Shown here piece after piece: positions 36,310 to 60,702 of a stretch of DNA of 64,000 nt. How positions within the stretch are numbered: position 1 is the stretch's first letter; each line of letters begins with the position of its first letter. The stretch is from Pocillopora damicornis. Lineage: Eukaryota. The notes below the pieces were generated by a model. That model ran no database searches and was not told the origin of the DNA. It saw only the letters and a list, made by a program, of their open reading frames with translations. The stretch spans positions 186,001 to 250,000 of the forward strand of contig NW_020846595.1 in assembly GCF_003704095.1 (NCBI RefSeq). The letters run 5' to 3'. The translations under genes and the position numbers were made by a program.

Positions 36310-38694
36310 TCATGAAGATGAGCCGCTGCTTGCATCTCCCGACGAAACCAAGAAATCACTGCTTCGCAAAAAGCCTTGCTCACTATCATCCTTATGAGCT
36401 TTTTTATGCGTTGCCAAAGTTACTTTCTTTGCTGTCTGTTTTGATTTCACCTGCTGAATTTTAGACCTCTTACTAGCTTCATAGAGAGCGTCCTCATCAA
36501 GGTCAGAAGTTGTTTCACCTGACGCAGACTCAGAGCCTTCAGCTCCACCCGACACCTGCGCAGATTCAGGTGCTTTTGTGGGAGCAGCAAGTTTGGGAAG
36601 AGGCGAAATAATAAGCGCTGCCATTTCCATTCGACTCATGTCTGAAATAAAAGACAAATAGTATCGCTGTAGATATAAAGATTTTCAAGTGGGCGTATGA
36701 ACACGACGTTGTATTTCTTGGAAAGGTAAAGTTAATTTGGATATTTGTGATCAATTGATGGTTTCTCTTTGGGCTAATGCAGCTTAGAACGTAATACGAC
36801 AAAGTGTTCAACGAAAAAAGCCAGCCATCATTTTCCATGACTTTGAAGAAAAATATAGCTATACCGTCGGAAAAAAAAAATTATAAAAAAACATTTTGAT
36901 TGATATGTTACCTGCAGTCCTTTCATTCCACTGTTGCCACAGAGGCTGCAAACTAGCTGGGATGCGAGGAGCGCAGGTCAGAGGTTGACAGGTGTGAGTA
37001 CATGGGCTGCAGACTGGTAACGAGCATTGAGCACACGTGTTACACGGACTACACGGGTCTGGTGGAGCCATGTAAGGACTCGATGACATGAGATCCGGGA
37101 CTCCCATACCAGGGGCATATGCCGGGGGAGGCTGGGCTGAGAATGTGATAGATATTACTGATATGAGATTTAGTCATGCTAAAATCCAGTAGATTTATCG
37201 TGTATAATTAGAGAGGTTAAGCATTGCATTCACGGTGAACAGCAGTTATTGAAGTTGATGTTGTCTGTTAGGGTAGGCATGAAAGTGATGTACATTCAGA
37301 GTGAAGAAGGGATCCTTTTACGATTTCTCTTCAGAGATCGATAAATCATTATGAGGAAAGTAAACAGAATTGGAAATAATTTTTGCCGTTTGACACTCTA
37401 ATCTTACTCAACAACTCACAGACAAACCCAGAAAAGTTAGAAATAATATCACTCACCATAAGGAGCTGGGGCATAGGCGGCCGGAGCTGGAGGGGGCTGG
37501 TAACTAGCTGTAAAGAAAATTTACCCAACTTCCAATGACATAAAAAGTTATCCTTAGATAGAGAACGAAAAAACGTCTTTAATTTACTGAACACATTATT
37601 ACGGGTAATTGGCGCTCTCAGATCAACCAAATGGTGGCTTTTTCTGTTCGATGGGATCTTTATGAGAGAAAAATGGTTGTGGTTTTTTTTTATCTAGCTA
37701 TTAATAGGGTAATTCTCTGCTTTTACTTAGCAATTTTCTCATAAAGTGAGACCTAATTTACTTTGGGAACATAGTGCATCATTGGAGAAGATGATCTGAA
37801 CAGGGACCCTTAGTAAAAGGAAAATTCGAAATACTAAAACGAATTTAATCGTTTAAAAATTTCGCCCAACGTAAATCCACATTTACTTACAACTCTACTT
37901 GAAAAACGTTTTAGCGTTTTAGCACGTTAGTAATTCTTTGTCAAAGCTCCCATGATTATGATCACTTTCACGCCTATAATACGTTCACTGATGGCAAAGA
38001 ATAAGCAAAGATCTTACTCAAGCGCTACATGAAAAAATATGTTAAAAGCACAAAGTAACTATGGACACAAGTTTTTATCTTATTGTGACAATTTACTTAG
38101 ACTACAATACGGCTCCAAATAACTCACCTTGACTAAATCCCGCAGCAGGAGGGGCCGGGTAAGGCACTGTAACAAAAACCCAATAATACCATGAGATTAC
38201 AAACAATACCAACAGCAACAGCTTCAAAGATCTTTGAAAACGACATTAAAGCACATGTAAACACCTTGGAAAATAAACTGCGGTAATTGAATTATTGACT
38301 GGAGCGGACCAGGTGAAGATTGGACTATCGGTTGTGCTGGCGGCTCGCGTTTTTCGCTTGCTATTGATACCGATATAAAATTACCAAAAATATCAGTCAT
38401 GGAAATTAATCCGTACACGAAAGATCAAGACTCATAAACTCTGATCTATCCATTAAAACGAGCTTAAACCTTGTTCATTAGGCTTTGAATGGTATTTCCA
38501 AAGATCGTACCACTGAAGTGACGGAGCTGAAAAAAATACGAAAAATGATCAAGAGTTCCGACTCCTAGGCACATTTTGTTGAAAAAAAATCTAGCCAATT
38601 TGGTATTCGATACTCGAGTTGAAATACCTGCAAAAACAAAATTTAAAAACGCAACAGAAACAATAGCAAAAATTTCCACTTCGGAATTCCTCAT
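36310..38694 (-). CDS. Secreted Pro/Tyr-rich, CxxC-rich, Ser-Gly-rich protein built from micro-exons (gene F)
   Basis: All-phase-1 exons: 38694-38628 (MRNSEVEIFAIVSVAFLNFVFA, putative signal), 38526-38470, 38360-38265, 38166-38128 (VPYPAPPAAGFSQ), 37507-37457 (ASYQPPPAPAAYAPAPY), 37136-36912 (DPCSPCNTCAQCSLPVCSPCTHTCQPLTC), 36641-36310. The 5' end is uncertain, and the gene may be joined to gene E. Confidence 0.7.
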
Positions 38695-39332
38695 CGTGTC
38701 GCCCGAAGTTTCATCCAGATCAAAGCTTCCAATCTACAAAATGTTTATTTTTATGTCAGGTTACGTATTTCCCCTAAGTGTCTGTTTTGCGGGTAGATAT
38801 TAATTTTAACTCCACGTGATTGGTTGATGAAAATCAAGTCATAATAGCTCTTTTGGGATGACATTACGCGCTCAAAGCAGGACGTGTTAATTGATTTATC
38901 GAACCCAAATATATTTTCGCCCCGGTTACGCAAATAGCAAGAAAAAAGAAATGAACGCTCAGTTGACACAAGAGAAAGATCTAGAGTTATTGTAGGCCAA
39001 AGTTTCAGGAAATATTCAGGCTTTTTTTCCGTTTAGCAATTTCTATGCTGAAAAAATTAGTTATATAGTTACTTTTCGAAAAGAACATTCCTGAAGATTA
39101 TCTCCACTGCAAGTTTAAAATCCCTGGGTTTTCCTCTAATTAGTTAGTCTTTTTTTAAGTTCATAGCCAGAACAAGAAATTATAATCTCTTGGCCAGTAC
39201 CATAACAAACGATTCATTTTCACTCTTTAACCTGTAGACGTTTAAAGGTGCCATTATATTCTTTGCCGAAGGGAAGAGCCTTTTAAGAACCTGTGGACAA
39301 CAGCTACAACCTCTAAACATCTGAGACAACAA

Positions 39333-42300
39333 CTAAACATCATCAGCCTTCTTAATTTCTAGCCCTTTCTTTGTATCGCACCTTTGCAGAGTGATGAAAA
39401 GAGACATAAGAAAGAAAAAACTTCGAACAAAGCTTCTATTTTTTAACCTGTCACCCTGATGAGTTAATTCAATTGTCAACCAAGGAGTACTTTGCTGCTC
39501 ATTAGGGCTTAATAGCAGAACTGAGAGAAAGTTATTTTTAACTTCGACATAACGGGACATTCCAGATCCGAAATATTTGAGATACTCAGTCTTATTTCTT
39601 CTCAAAAGGAAATCTAACTCCTCGGGTCTATAAAAGACTGGTGCTTCTGCCTTATCACCTGGATTTAAAAAAAACACTTGTTTATTGTAATTCACTACCG
39701 CCCAAAATCGAATGCGTCTCCGGGCTTTGGAGATGCGGTAGAATTATAGCTGGGAAGAACTGGACTGGACTCTAAGTTCAAGCCCCGCCCCGCGTCATTT
39801 ATTTGTGTTCTTGGAAAGAGGTCATTTTCTCCCCCAGTCCACTCTCCACCCAGGAGAATAAGTGGGTGCTAGTAATCTGTCAGAGAAACCTGACGAAATT
39901 CTAGGGGAGGGGTAGACTCGGGTGGATAAGCATCCAATCCATGTGCGAATAGCAATACTTCGTGTCCCTTCTTCTGATCGAAATAAGCTGCCGGAGACCA
40001 TTTAAAGCAGTCTCGAATACAGACCTCATTTTACCCATCAGTTTACTTACCCGGATTATTCACGCAGTCGTAGTTGACATCCAAATACTTGTTAGCGTCC
40101 GGGCACGCATCGCCAAACCAGTCATTACTCGCAGCCAAATCACAGCCCTCCAGACCATCACACCGTTTCTTCACCTTTTCGTAAGTTCCAGGAGTGCGGC
40201 AGAATCCCACCGGCATCGGATTGTTTTCCTTTAGGCAACCGACATCACCCATGTCACCAAAATCAGCATTTAACACCCTTATCCTATGTTCGGGCGGGCA
40301 AGATATTTTCTGTATCGTGTCTTTGCATATGATGGCTCTTTGAGATGGGGCGGAAAAGACTCCACTTTGACGAGCTGAAAAGAGAGGTAAGACAGGAATC
40401 AACTTTTGTCAAAATCGGCCAAAATAGTTCGATGGCGCTTATGAGGCAACGCTCATTCACGATAACCATATTGCAGTTACAAACCGAATGCGATCTTGCC
40501 TTAGCCAGGCGTAATCTTCCGCCAGGTTTGCTCTTGATACTTATTTTTTTTGTTTGTTTTCCTTGGAGTGCTTGCGTAAAAAAGTCCTTTTTTTTGTTGT
40601 TGTTTGTTTTTATGGTAAGTTTAAGATTAAAAATATAATTCGAACGTTTAAAACACTGCATCTGACGATGATTTTCTGATGCTTAGCAACGAAGCAAGCC
40701 TCAGGTCGAGTTTAAGCTAGATGTAGAATGTAATACACAAACAGATATTGGACAACATTCGACAACCTCATAAACTTTTTAAAAAACTCTTAACTCTTAC
40801 TATTGGCAAGATAGGCCAAGGCTTTTTCTTGTTGCTGATCGGCAGCATATTTTGACTGCGCCTCGGCCATTTGTTTGGTCTCGTCTATAGGGGGATTTTC
40901 ATTTTCTTGAGCAGCGGAATCACTTCTTTGCGTGTCACTATCAAGTGGTGGGGGCACATCTGCATCAATGTCCTCGACTGTTTCAGGTTGTTCTTCCTCG
41001 TTTTGTCCCTTCTGACCATCTTCTTCATCTTTAACACTGTCACTGTCAGCTTTTTTAGAAGTTTCATCAATTGCTTGTGCTTCTTTAACTTCCTTTTGAG
41101 GCTCGCTGGCAAGTTTCTCTGAATCGATTTTCGTTTTGTCATCATCACCTTGGACCACCTCATTGTCTTTACTATCTGATTTTTCAATAGGTAACTCTGA
41201 TTCGCTGCCAGATGCTTCTGCGTCACTAATTTCCTGGCCACTAGCGATCAGTTCCCCGCTTGAAGCAGCAAGAGCTTCCTTGACGTCATTGTCACTTATA
41301 GTTTCGTCATCGTCCTCGCTATCGTCGTCATCAGTACCTTCGTCTACAGCATCATCACCTGATCCTGCTTTGTCAATATCATTGCTATCTAAAACAAAGC
41401 AAGTTGGAACATATTAGGATAACGTATCATGCTGAATAAAACAGTTAAACTACAGAGGGTGAAAGAGTCGTTATAATAATGCTTAGGTTTGGTAGACAGT
41501 AGCTTGTAGCAAAGTACTAAGCTTAAGTTTTGTCATTTTTATTTCTATTTTTACATTCATTTAGTACGTAATGGGCCGTCGGTTTGTAGCTTTCTCAAGT
41601 GAATGTACATGTCATGTCTTCCGTCGTACTTTCCTGACTCACTCAGTGCAGTCGAAGGCGTGAACCTGAACCACCTCCTCTGTCAGCAAAGTTTGTTTTC
41701 AGTTATCGTAGTGGATCATTGTAAGATGCTGTTCACGGAATGTCCACGTAGCGTCTAATTCATGTGGTGTCCTCATGATCACTCTGAACAGTTCGTCCAA
41801 TTCATAGAGAATTCGAAGCGCTTAAAAAGTGGATTTGTCTTTCATGATGATTTGTCTTTTATCCCTGTGATGTACATAAAATGACTTAAGCGATGGTTCT
41901 GTCATTTGTATTGTGTCCCTCTTAGAGTTATTGTTGTCTTCATCTGTCTTGAATTGGTTGCTGTCATCTCAAGAGTAAAGTCTTTGTCATAATATCTTGT
42001 AGGGAAAACACAAAGGCGATGAGACCATGTAAAAAAGCGAAAAAACTATTAATCTATTAAACTATTAATTTCGATCTTTATTCATTTTTTACTTGTTTGA
42101 GCCGTAAATTTTTTTTGGGAAGTGATCTTCGATCACTCAATTTTTTTATTTCTATTGAAATTTCTGTCGAAGAAAACTCTTCGAACAGTTATTTTGTCTT
42201 TTGCTCAATTGTTTGCTACTGGTGGACGAAAAGTCTCATCGCACATCGTGTCAACTACTCACCATCTCCTTGCAGCAGACCAGCGAAGTACAAGGCTGAT

Positions 42301-44705
42301 TTATAAATATCAATGGCCTGTTGACGCGTCAAGTTCATGGGAAGGCCTGGCACTGGAAATGGAGGCATATTTGGGTTATCATTCGTGCCTGCTAACATGA
42401 ATGCCACTTTGGAAATATCGTCTCTTAAGTCCTTTTCGTCATATCCGCTTCCACGTCCGCTGAATTCCGGCTCTGGCTCTTTCAGGTCAGCCGTATCATC
42501 AAATTCCGGCTCTGGTTCTTTTAAGTCAGCGTTATCATCCATGTCGTAAGATTCGTCAAATCCAGACCCCGAGCTACCAGAGCCGGAAGTCGGAATATCA
42601 TTCGGAAGAACGAAAGGGGTCTGAATGCTTGGGGTTGTACTCTTTGTGACAGTTTTGATGGGAAGTTTTATTTGCATCGAAGATGGCTGAGGAGACAGCA
42701 TACCGTGAAATTTACCCTGCATAGCTTTATCATTGTCTCGGAAATAACTTGTCACTGGAACGTTCTTCACCTGATCTGCAGGGACTCTATCACGAACGTC
42801 TTTTACGACTGGAAAAGCACTCTTTGGCATCATTCCCGGATAATTTTCTTGGTGACCAGGACTTGCTGTGTATCCACGCGTCCATCCTTGTTGTTGGTAG
42901 CTTGAGTACCATGGAAGGCCAGAATACCGTCGGTAGCTAAGTTTGCTGTGATCCATAGGTTTCTGAATGTTACGCATGTGCGGGTAGGATTGTTGACTAA
43001 TATCTGTCTTTTTAACAGCTGAGGATTGACCTGAAACTTTCCTAAAATTTTCGACTATTTCTGGGCTGAAAAAGCCAGGTGGAGGCCAGTAAATTGTATT
43101 TTTCCTATCCAAATTTGATTGTTGTCTGTAAACGTTTGTGATGATACCACTTTGATCTTCCTTAGAGGTTAGACCGTCGTTGAGCGAGGTAGGAAACATG
43201 GATGCACCAGTATCCCCTAGGTTTGTCGAATAATTAGAAATTTGTTTGGTTCCATTTACACCGGAGGCTGATAAAATTCCAACTGACAAGTTTCTTGTCG
43301 ACGGATTTCCCACCGGTTGATCTTTACTCGATGGGTTCCCTGTTGATAGGATTCCCGCCAGACTTCCAGTCAGTTGTTCACCCATGGGTCGATTCCCTGC
43401 CGTAATAACTCCCGCCAATTGTTTTCCTGGCGACTGATTTCCCACCAGTTGATTACCCACCTGCTGCTTTCCCGCCACAATATTTCCCGCCAGTTGAGTT
43501 GTCAGCGGTGGATTTCCCGCAAGTTGGTTCCTCTCCAAAAAATTTCCCGCCATTTGGTTTCCCACTTGGAGATTCGTCATTTGTCGATTTCCCGCCAATA
43601 AAACTCCTGCAAGTGGATTTCCCGCCATTCGGTTTCCCGCCAGTGTGTTACCCGTATAGCCAGCAACCGATGGAACATATGATCGTCGATTGTTTTGATC
43701 GTGTATTGTTTGATTCTTTTGATTAATGATTCTTAACGGAACTGTTGTGCTGTTTAAATCGGATTGGTTCCGCGAAACTAAACTTGCGCCAGTTTTTATA
43801 CCCTTTGTCTCCGGAATAAATGTTCTTCGAATGTTTTGATCGCTTCCTTGATCAACCTGGCTCAAGTTCTGTAACCTTTGAGCTATCAAGTTGTAGATAG
43901 CCGCGTATTTATCACTACTTTTGGCTGCGAAAAAATCAGACCCTTTCAAACATGGCTGCCCACTTACTTGTAGCCTGTGAGTCGATATCTATAAAGATAG
44001 CTTAATGGAACGTACGGCTTATTTGCATCAGACCTTACTGGAAATAAACTCACATTTAAGGATTTTTCCTGGAAAATTTATAAACTTTTTCTCAATTTTC
44101 ACTTTTTTTATTTCTTTCGTTCAGCTCCTAGACGGAAGGGAGAATGGGCACCAGATCTCGTATGACCTCAAATTGACTTATTATCCCATTACACTCCCGA
44201 ATCCACAATCAACCAGTAACACAAGCCTAGCTCGTTATAGTAAACGAAAATTGAGCTGGCTGTCGGATTTTTCATGTCATTTTGTCACAAGTATTCCAAT
44301 AAATTTTGTGCAACTTCCAGAAGATATAATTCTGTACGCCTTTTTCTTCATTCTCTTTTGCTGGCCACCTGTGTTTTTGCTTGTTTATACATGAACAGAG
44401 GTCACTAAGTCAAAAAAACTAAAACAAGATCTCAGGGATTTTGAGAAGGATGAGAAAACAAATTCAATGCTTGGTTTCAAATCACATACACTTAAGTGAT
44501 TTTAGTTGATTGTGGAAATTGGAAAGTGTTCGGTAAATGTTCCTTGTAGAAGGCCTACTTTGGCATGCAGGTATGATAAACGGGCATTTACAAAAACATA
44601 GTCTAACATCTTACCTCCCTCAATTGGCATCGAGGAGGACGGTCGGATACCAAAAGCCAATAGAAGTCCAAACAAAAGCGCCACAAGAAATCTGAGACTA
44701 GGCAT
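39333..44705 (-). CDS. Large secreted low-complexity/acidic protein with a C-terminal SUEL (rhamnose/galactose-binding) lectin domain (gene E)
   Basis: Exons: 44705-44615 (signal MPSLRFLVALLFGLLLAFGIRPSSS), 43988-43968 micro-exon, ~43882 (or 43924)-42263, 41388-40801 (acidic), 40374-40051 (SUEL: C..ISCP..IRV.NADFG..C..C..VKKRCDG..C..ASNDWFGDACP..KYL.V.YDC) and an exon starting at 39658. The 3' end is uncertain; an in-frame stop lies at 39333. Confidence 0.75.
39725..40035 (+). mobile_element. Degenerate tRNA-derived SINE (intronic)
   Basis: Decayed B-box-like gttcaagccc and central ctctccacccaggagaataagtgggt typical of cnidarian SINEs (from memory). A related 3' fragment lies on the opposite strand at ~55224-55306. 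Confidence 0.55.
43330..43655 (-). repeat. In-frame 15-bp/pentapeptide repeat x-(L/M/V)-(A/V)-G-N within gene E
   Basis: TLAGN RMAGN PLAGV LLAGN RQMTN LQVGN QMAGN FLERN QLAGN PPLTT QLAGN IVAGK QQVGN QLVGN QSPGK QLAGV ITAGN. Confidence 0.85.
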
Positions 44706-46204
44706 GACAAGTTGGGTGGTAATGTTCCCGGATTCAAACGACGATGAAAATAGGTTTTCTTAAACCTACAGGACCAAGAAAAATAATGTCAAACAGGTAA
44801 TGAACAAACAAGTAACATAACTACAAAACAACCCAGTTTAAGTCCTTGTGCCAGAACGGAAGACATCGAACTAATTTTACATATCTTGTTTATACCTGTT
44901 GATCTCTTAGCTCGAATGGCTAAAAAAAGTTAAAACCAAGATTGTCAGAAAAGTCCCCTAGTTGCTAACAAAATGCTTGCTCAAAGCTTCAGAGGTTAAA
45001 AATGACTGTGATCACCGACGCGTAAACTTCTGGGTGTCAAAACTGGTACGCCTTTGAAGTTGAATGTCAACGAGACAGCTCAACCTTTCAGCAAAAACGA
45101 GAACCTTAAATGCAAGAATTACCAACGTTTACCTTTATCCGTGTGTCTTGATTCCAAATTTTGTTGAAGGGGAATTATTTTCACTTACAACATTTTATTT
45201 TCGAAACAGTCTAACATCCACCAGAACGCTTGAACGCACCACAAGGAAATAACTGAAGTAATCTTTACTGGTGCCGTGGCGCCCCTACAAATCAGTGACA
45301 TAATATCCGAGTAATTCTAATTATAACTCGCAAGTTGATTGGTCGGGTTTTGCAAGGGTTAAAGCAAGCTGACACTTAAGTCTTAGCAAACACAAAAGCT
45401 TTTTTTCGCATCATTTCCTCTAAGTACGATTTTAAACGATTTTTTATGGCCAAAATATCAAGTGTTAGAAACCTCTCAAGCGTTTGAGAATATTCTAAAT
45501 CCTGACAGTGGGGAGTAATCTGCGTTCCCTTCTCGCGAATTGATTGGTTCGACAAACTGAAGCATGTTGTTGATTTCAAGGAAGTTGCAACCGATTTCAA
45601 CACGAAAACTACTTGATCTGTACGTTCAATGAAACATCGACAGATCGGACGAGATACATCTCAGTTTTTTTCTTTGTCCCGTGCTCGTGAATACTTCATT
45701 TAATCCTCAAATATCAAACTAGAGTTTTGAGCAGGGCTAGCTTTAGGTTTCCGGTAGGTAGTGGCGGACGACCGGACAACCGGTGTCATGAGTGTGATGA
45801 CATTGATTCACGTCGGGCAGTGAGATCATTACTTTGAGTCGCGTTTGTGGCTGTTAATCATAATTTTGTTTCAGTCTTTTTTAACATTCGCAGGCCTTTT
45901 TTTGAAGTGAGGGCGGGTTATTGAACGCAAATTTGAAAAGCTAAATTAAATTTTGCAGTAATTGGTTTGAACCCAGTAGCAATAGACATTCCGTCAGTCC
46001 GTTTGTTCAAGACTTCAACCATTTCTTTTTCTAAAAAAAAAGGCAATTTTTAGGCACTTTTAAATTTTTTCTTTCTAGGAGTCTTAATTCAGAATTTCAC
46101 TGGTGTTGTAAAGCGCCTTTAAACATTAGGATACTGGCGCTGTATAAATCTTTTATTTATTATTATTATTATCATTATTAGTATTAATATTACTATTATT
46201 AACA

Positions 46205-46405
46205 TACAATCGTGTAGCCTGTTCGTCCGGGTGAGGGTAGTCCTGAGTGGAAATGCCATCGGTGGCAGCGAATGACGTTTCGTCAACTTTTGCGGACGTC
46301 ATTATATAAGACCTGAACCCTCTCGGGTTTCTTAACGGTCAGTCATTACAACAAACAGCAGTCCTTCTGCAGACTACTCTCCTTCACACGATCAGCCTAA
46401 ACGAT
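46205..46405. mobile_element. Degraded inverted-repeat element, resembling Penelope-end-derived repeats of corals
   Basis: cgtccgggtgagggtagtcctgag..gacgtttcg pairs imperfectly with gtcagtc..cagtccttctgcagactactctcc..cacgatc. The family assignment is from memory. Confidence 0.45.
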
Positions 46406-47384
46406 CTCAACAAATTTTTGAACTACGAAGAAGCTCCAAAAGATATTCTGAATACTGTAAAACTTCCAGATCTTAAATGTGTAACAATTACTTTGGGGAT
46501 CAATAACTAATATGAATGTTGTATCTTAAAAATTTAACAAAATTCTAAGGATAATCAGTGAGCACAACGACTAGGGGCGGAAAACCATAGTTTCGAAGCC
46601 GCTTCGAAAACTGCATGTCAGCTGTTTATTCACGTGCTTAGCGGCGCATCGTTGCATTTAATAATGCACTTGTTGTGTGTCTGTTTCTGATTTGCCTTGC
46701 GTATTTGTGCCGAGTCTTTCACCGTTTTTGCGAACTTCTTGCGTCTAGAAGTACGGAAGAGGTAAGGGCCACATATAAGAGGTGGCGGCGCCTTGTTTCA
46801 AACATTTTAGTGAGACTTACAGTACCATGGTAACTTGCACAAAACTAGTCGAACTCATTACAGAAAACGAGCAATGTATTTTAAATGTTTTGCCATTCTT
46901 ACGTGCTTTGGTTCTACTCTTGGATTTGCACAATTAAATTTCGTAGAAATGATTGTTCGTTTCCTAGAATGAGATCGGATAACTTTTTTAGTGACCCAAT
47001 AAAAACTGTGAGCCGTAAAGGGAACTGAGCCACGTAAAAGTTAAGCGGCGTCTCCAACACTAAACTCCAATCAAAATGCTAAAAATGACTCAATATTTAT
47101 CTGATCCCTTCCATTCTTTTTTTTCGAATCGTCTGTAAACTATGGATGCTGTTGGGGTTTCAGTTAACCACTGAACAGGAAGTAAAGAAAATCAAGACTC
47201 TCTAAACAAGCCTACAACTTGGAATCTTTTTTTTTTTTTTTCCAAAGAAAAGTAAGACTTACAAAGGAAGTATTTACATGCTAAAGGATGAAAAACATAG
47301 GTTTTACATCTCAGTGCTTTTTACTTGAACTGTGCTTTGTATAAGTAATAGTTACGATCAACGTGAGTACTCAATTTTGACCGT

Positions 47385-47672
47385 TTCTCATGTCACTGAG
47401 TGTCGCAGAACCAAAACCAAAGTCATGTAACAGTCAATCACAGCAGAGGTAAACCAAAGTCATCTCGATGGCCAATCAGATCACAGGTGTCACAACAAGC
47501 CGATAACAACTCGAACTAAAAACAAGAAAGTGACTGAGTCAAGGGCGGTTTTCGCTGTGCTTCTGATTGGCCATTGGATGTAGCGCGAGTTTCCCAATCC
47601 AATCACAGAGCCCACTAAAGCAAAACAAATGTAATTCGCATAACTAACGACCCTCAGTTGAAAATTGCTCTC
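47385..47672. mobile_element. CCAATC-rich MITE (..tgagtgtcg..aaccaaaaccaaagt...cgaccctcagttgaaaattgctct); a more decayed relative at ~34760-34910
   Basis: Imperfect inverted ends and repeated ccaatca/tgattgg motifs. Confidence 0.45.
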
Positions 47673-47982
47673 CAAGAGTGACTAGCAACTACTTTAGCCG
47701 TCGCACAATCTTGAACTCAAAAGCGTGACGTGACTGTGACTGATACGTGACAAGAAAAGAGAGTCTACCGAGGCGGGCGAAGTTAGGTCTCTGAGTTCAT
47801 TTGCTCCTCTACGAAAGCGTAGATTTATAAATTTTTCTTAATATTATAGAGACGTGTTACAACGTGATGGCGACTTAGGGAAACAGCCCTGTCAGGATAT
47901 CCCTAGCACAGAGTGTGGTCACTAGGCAACTGCTAAATACGCGAAAATCTGTAGTATGGTGTCCCTTTAACAAGCAGGTAGA

Positions 47983-60484
<12,502 letters not shown>

Positions 60485-60702
60485 TTTGGAAAACGTGCAG
60501 CTAACGTTAGGAGGAAGACTGAAACGAGATTTGGTTGTCTAGTCCCAGGGCTACTCAAGCAAGACGATAAATCACTAGTCAGCGGAATTTCCCTTTAGAG
60601 GTATTTTGCAATATGGCGGACCATTTAGGCGAACACGTGTAATGAGAGAATTCGCTTCTTCGTTGGTCTGAAATAACCTCATTATTACAAAAAGCCGAAG
60701 TC
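60485..60702. promoter_or_regulatory. Bidirectional promoter region between EFTUD2 and DHX37
   Basis: The two ATGs diverge with only 218 bp between them. A YY1-like AATATGGCGG lies at ~60610-60619. Confidence 0.75.

Noticed and set aside
46205-46405. Hammerhead ribozyme in the Penelope-like repeat
   Set aside because: GAAAC is present on the minus strand but the CTGANGA core is mutated (cttatata), so it is not supportable as active.
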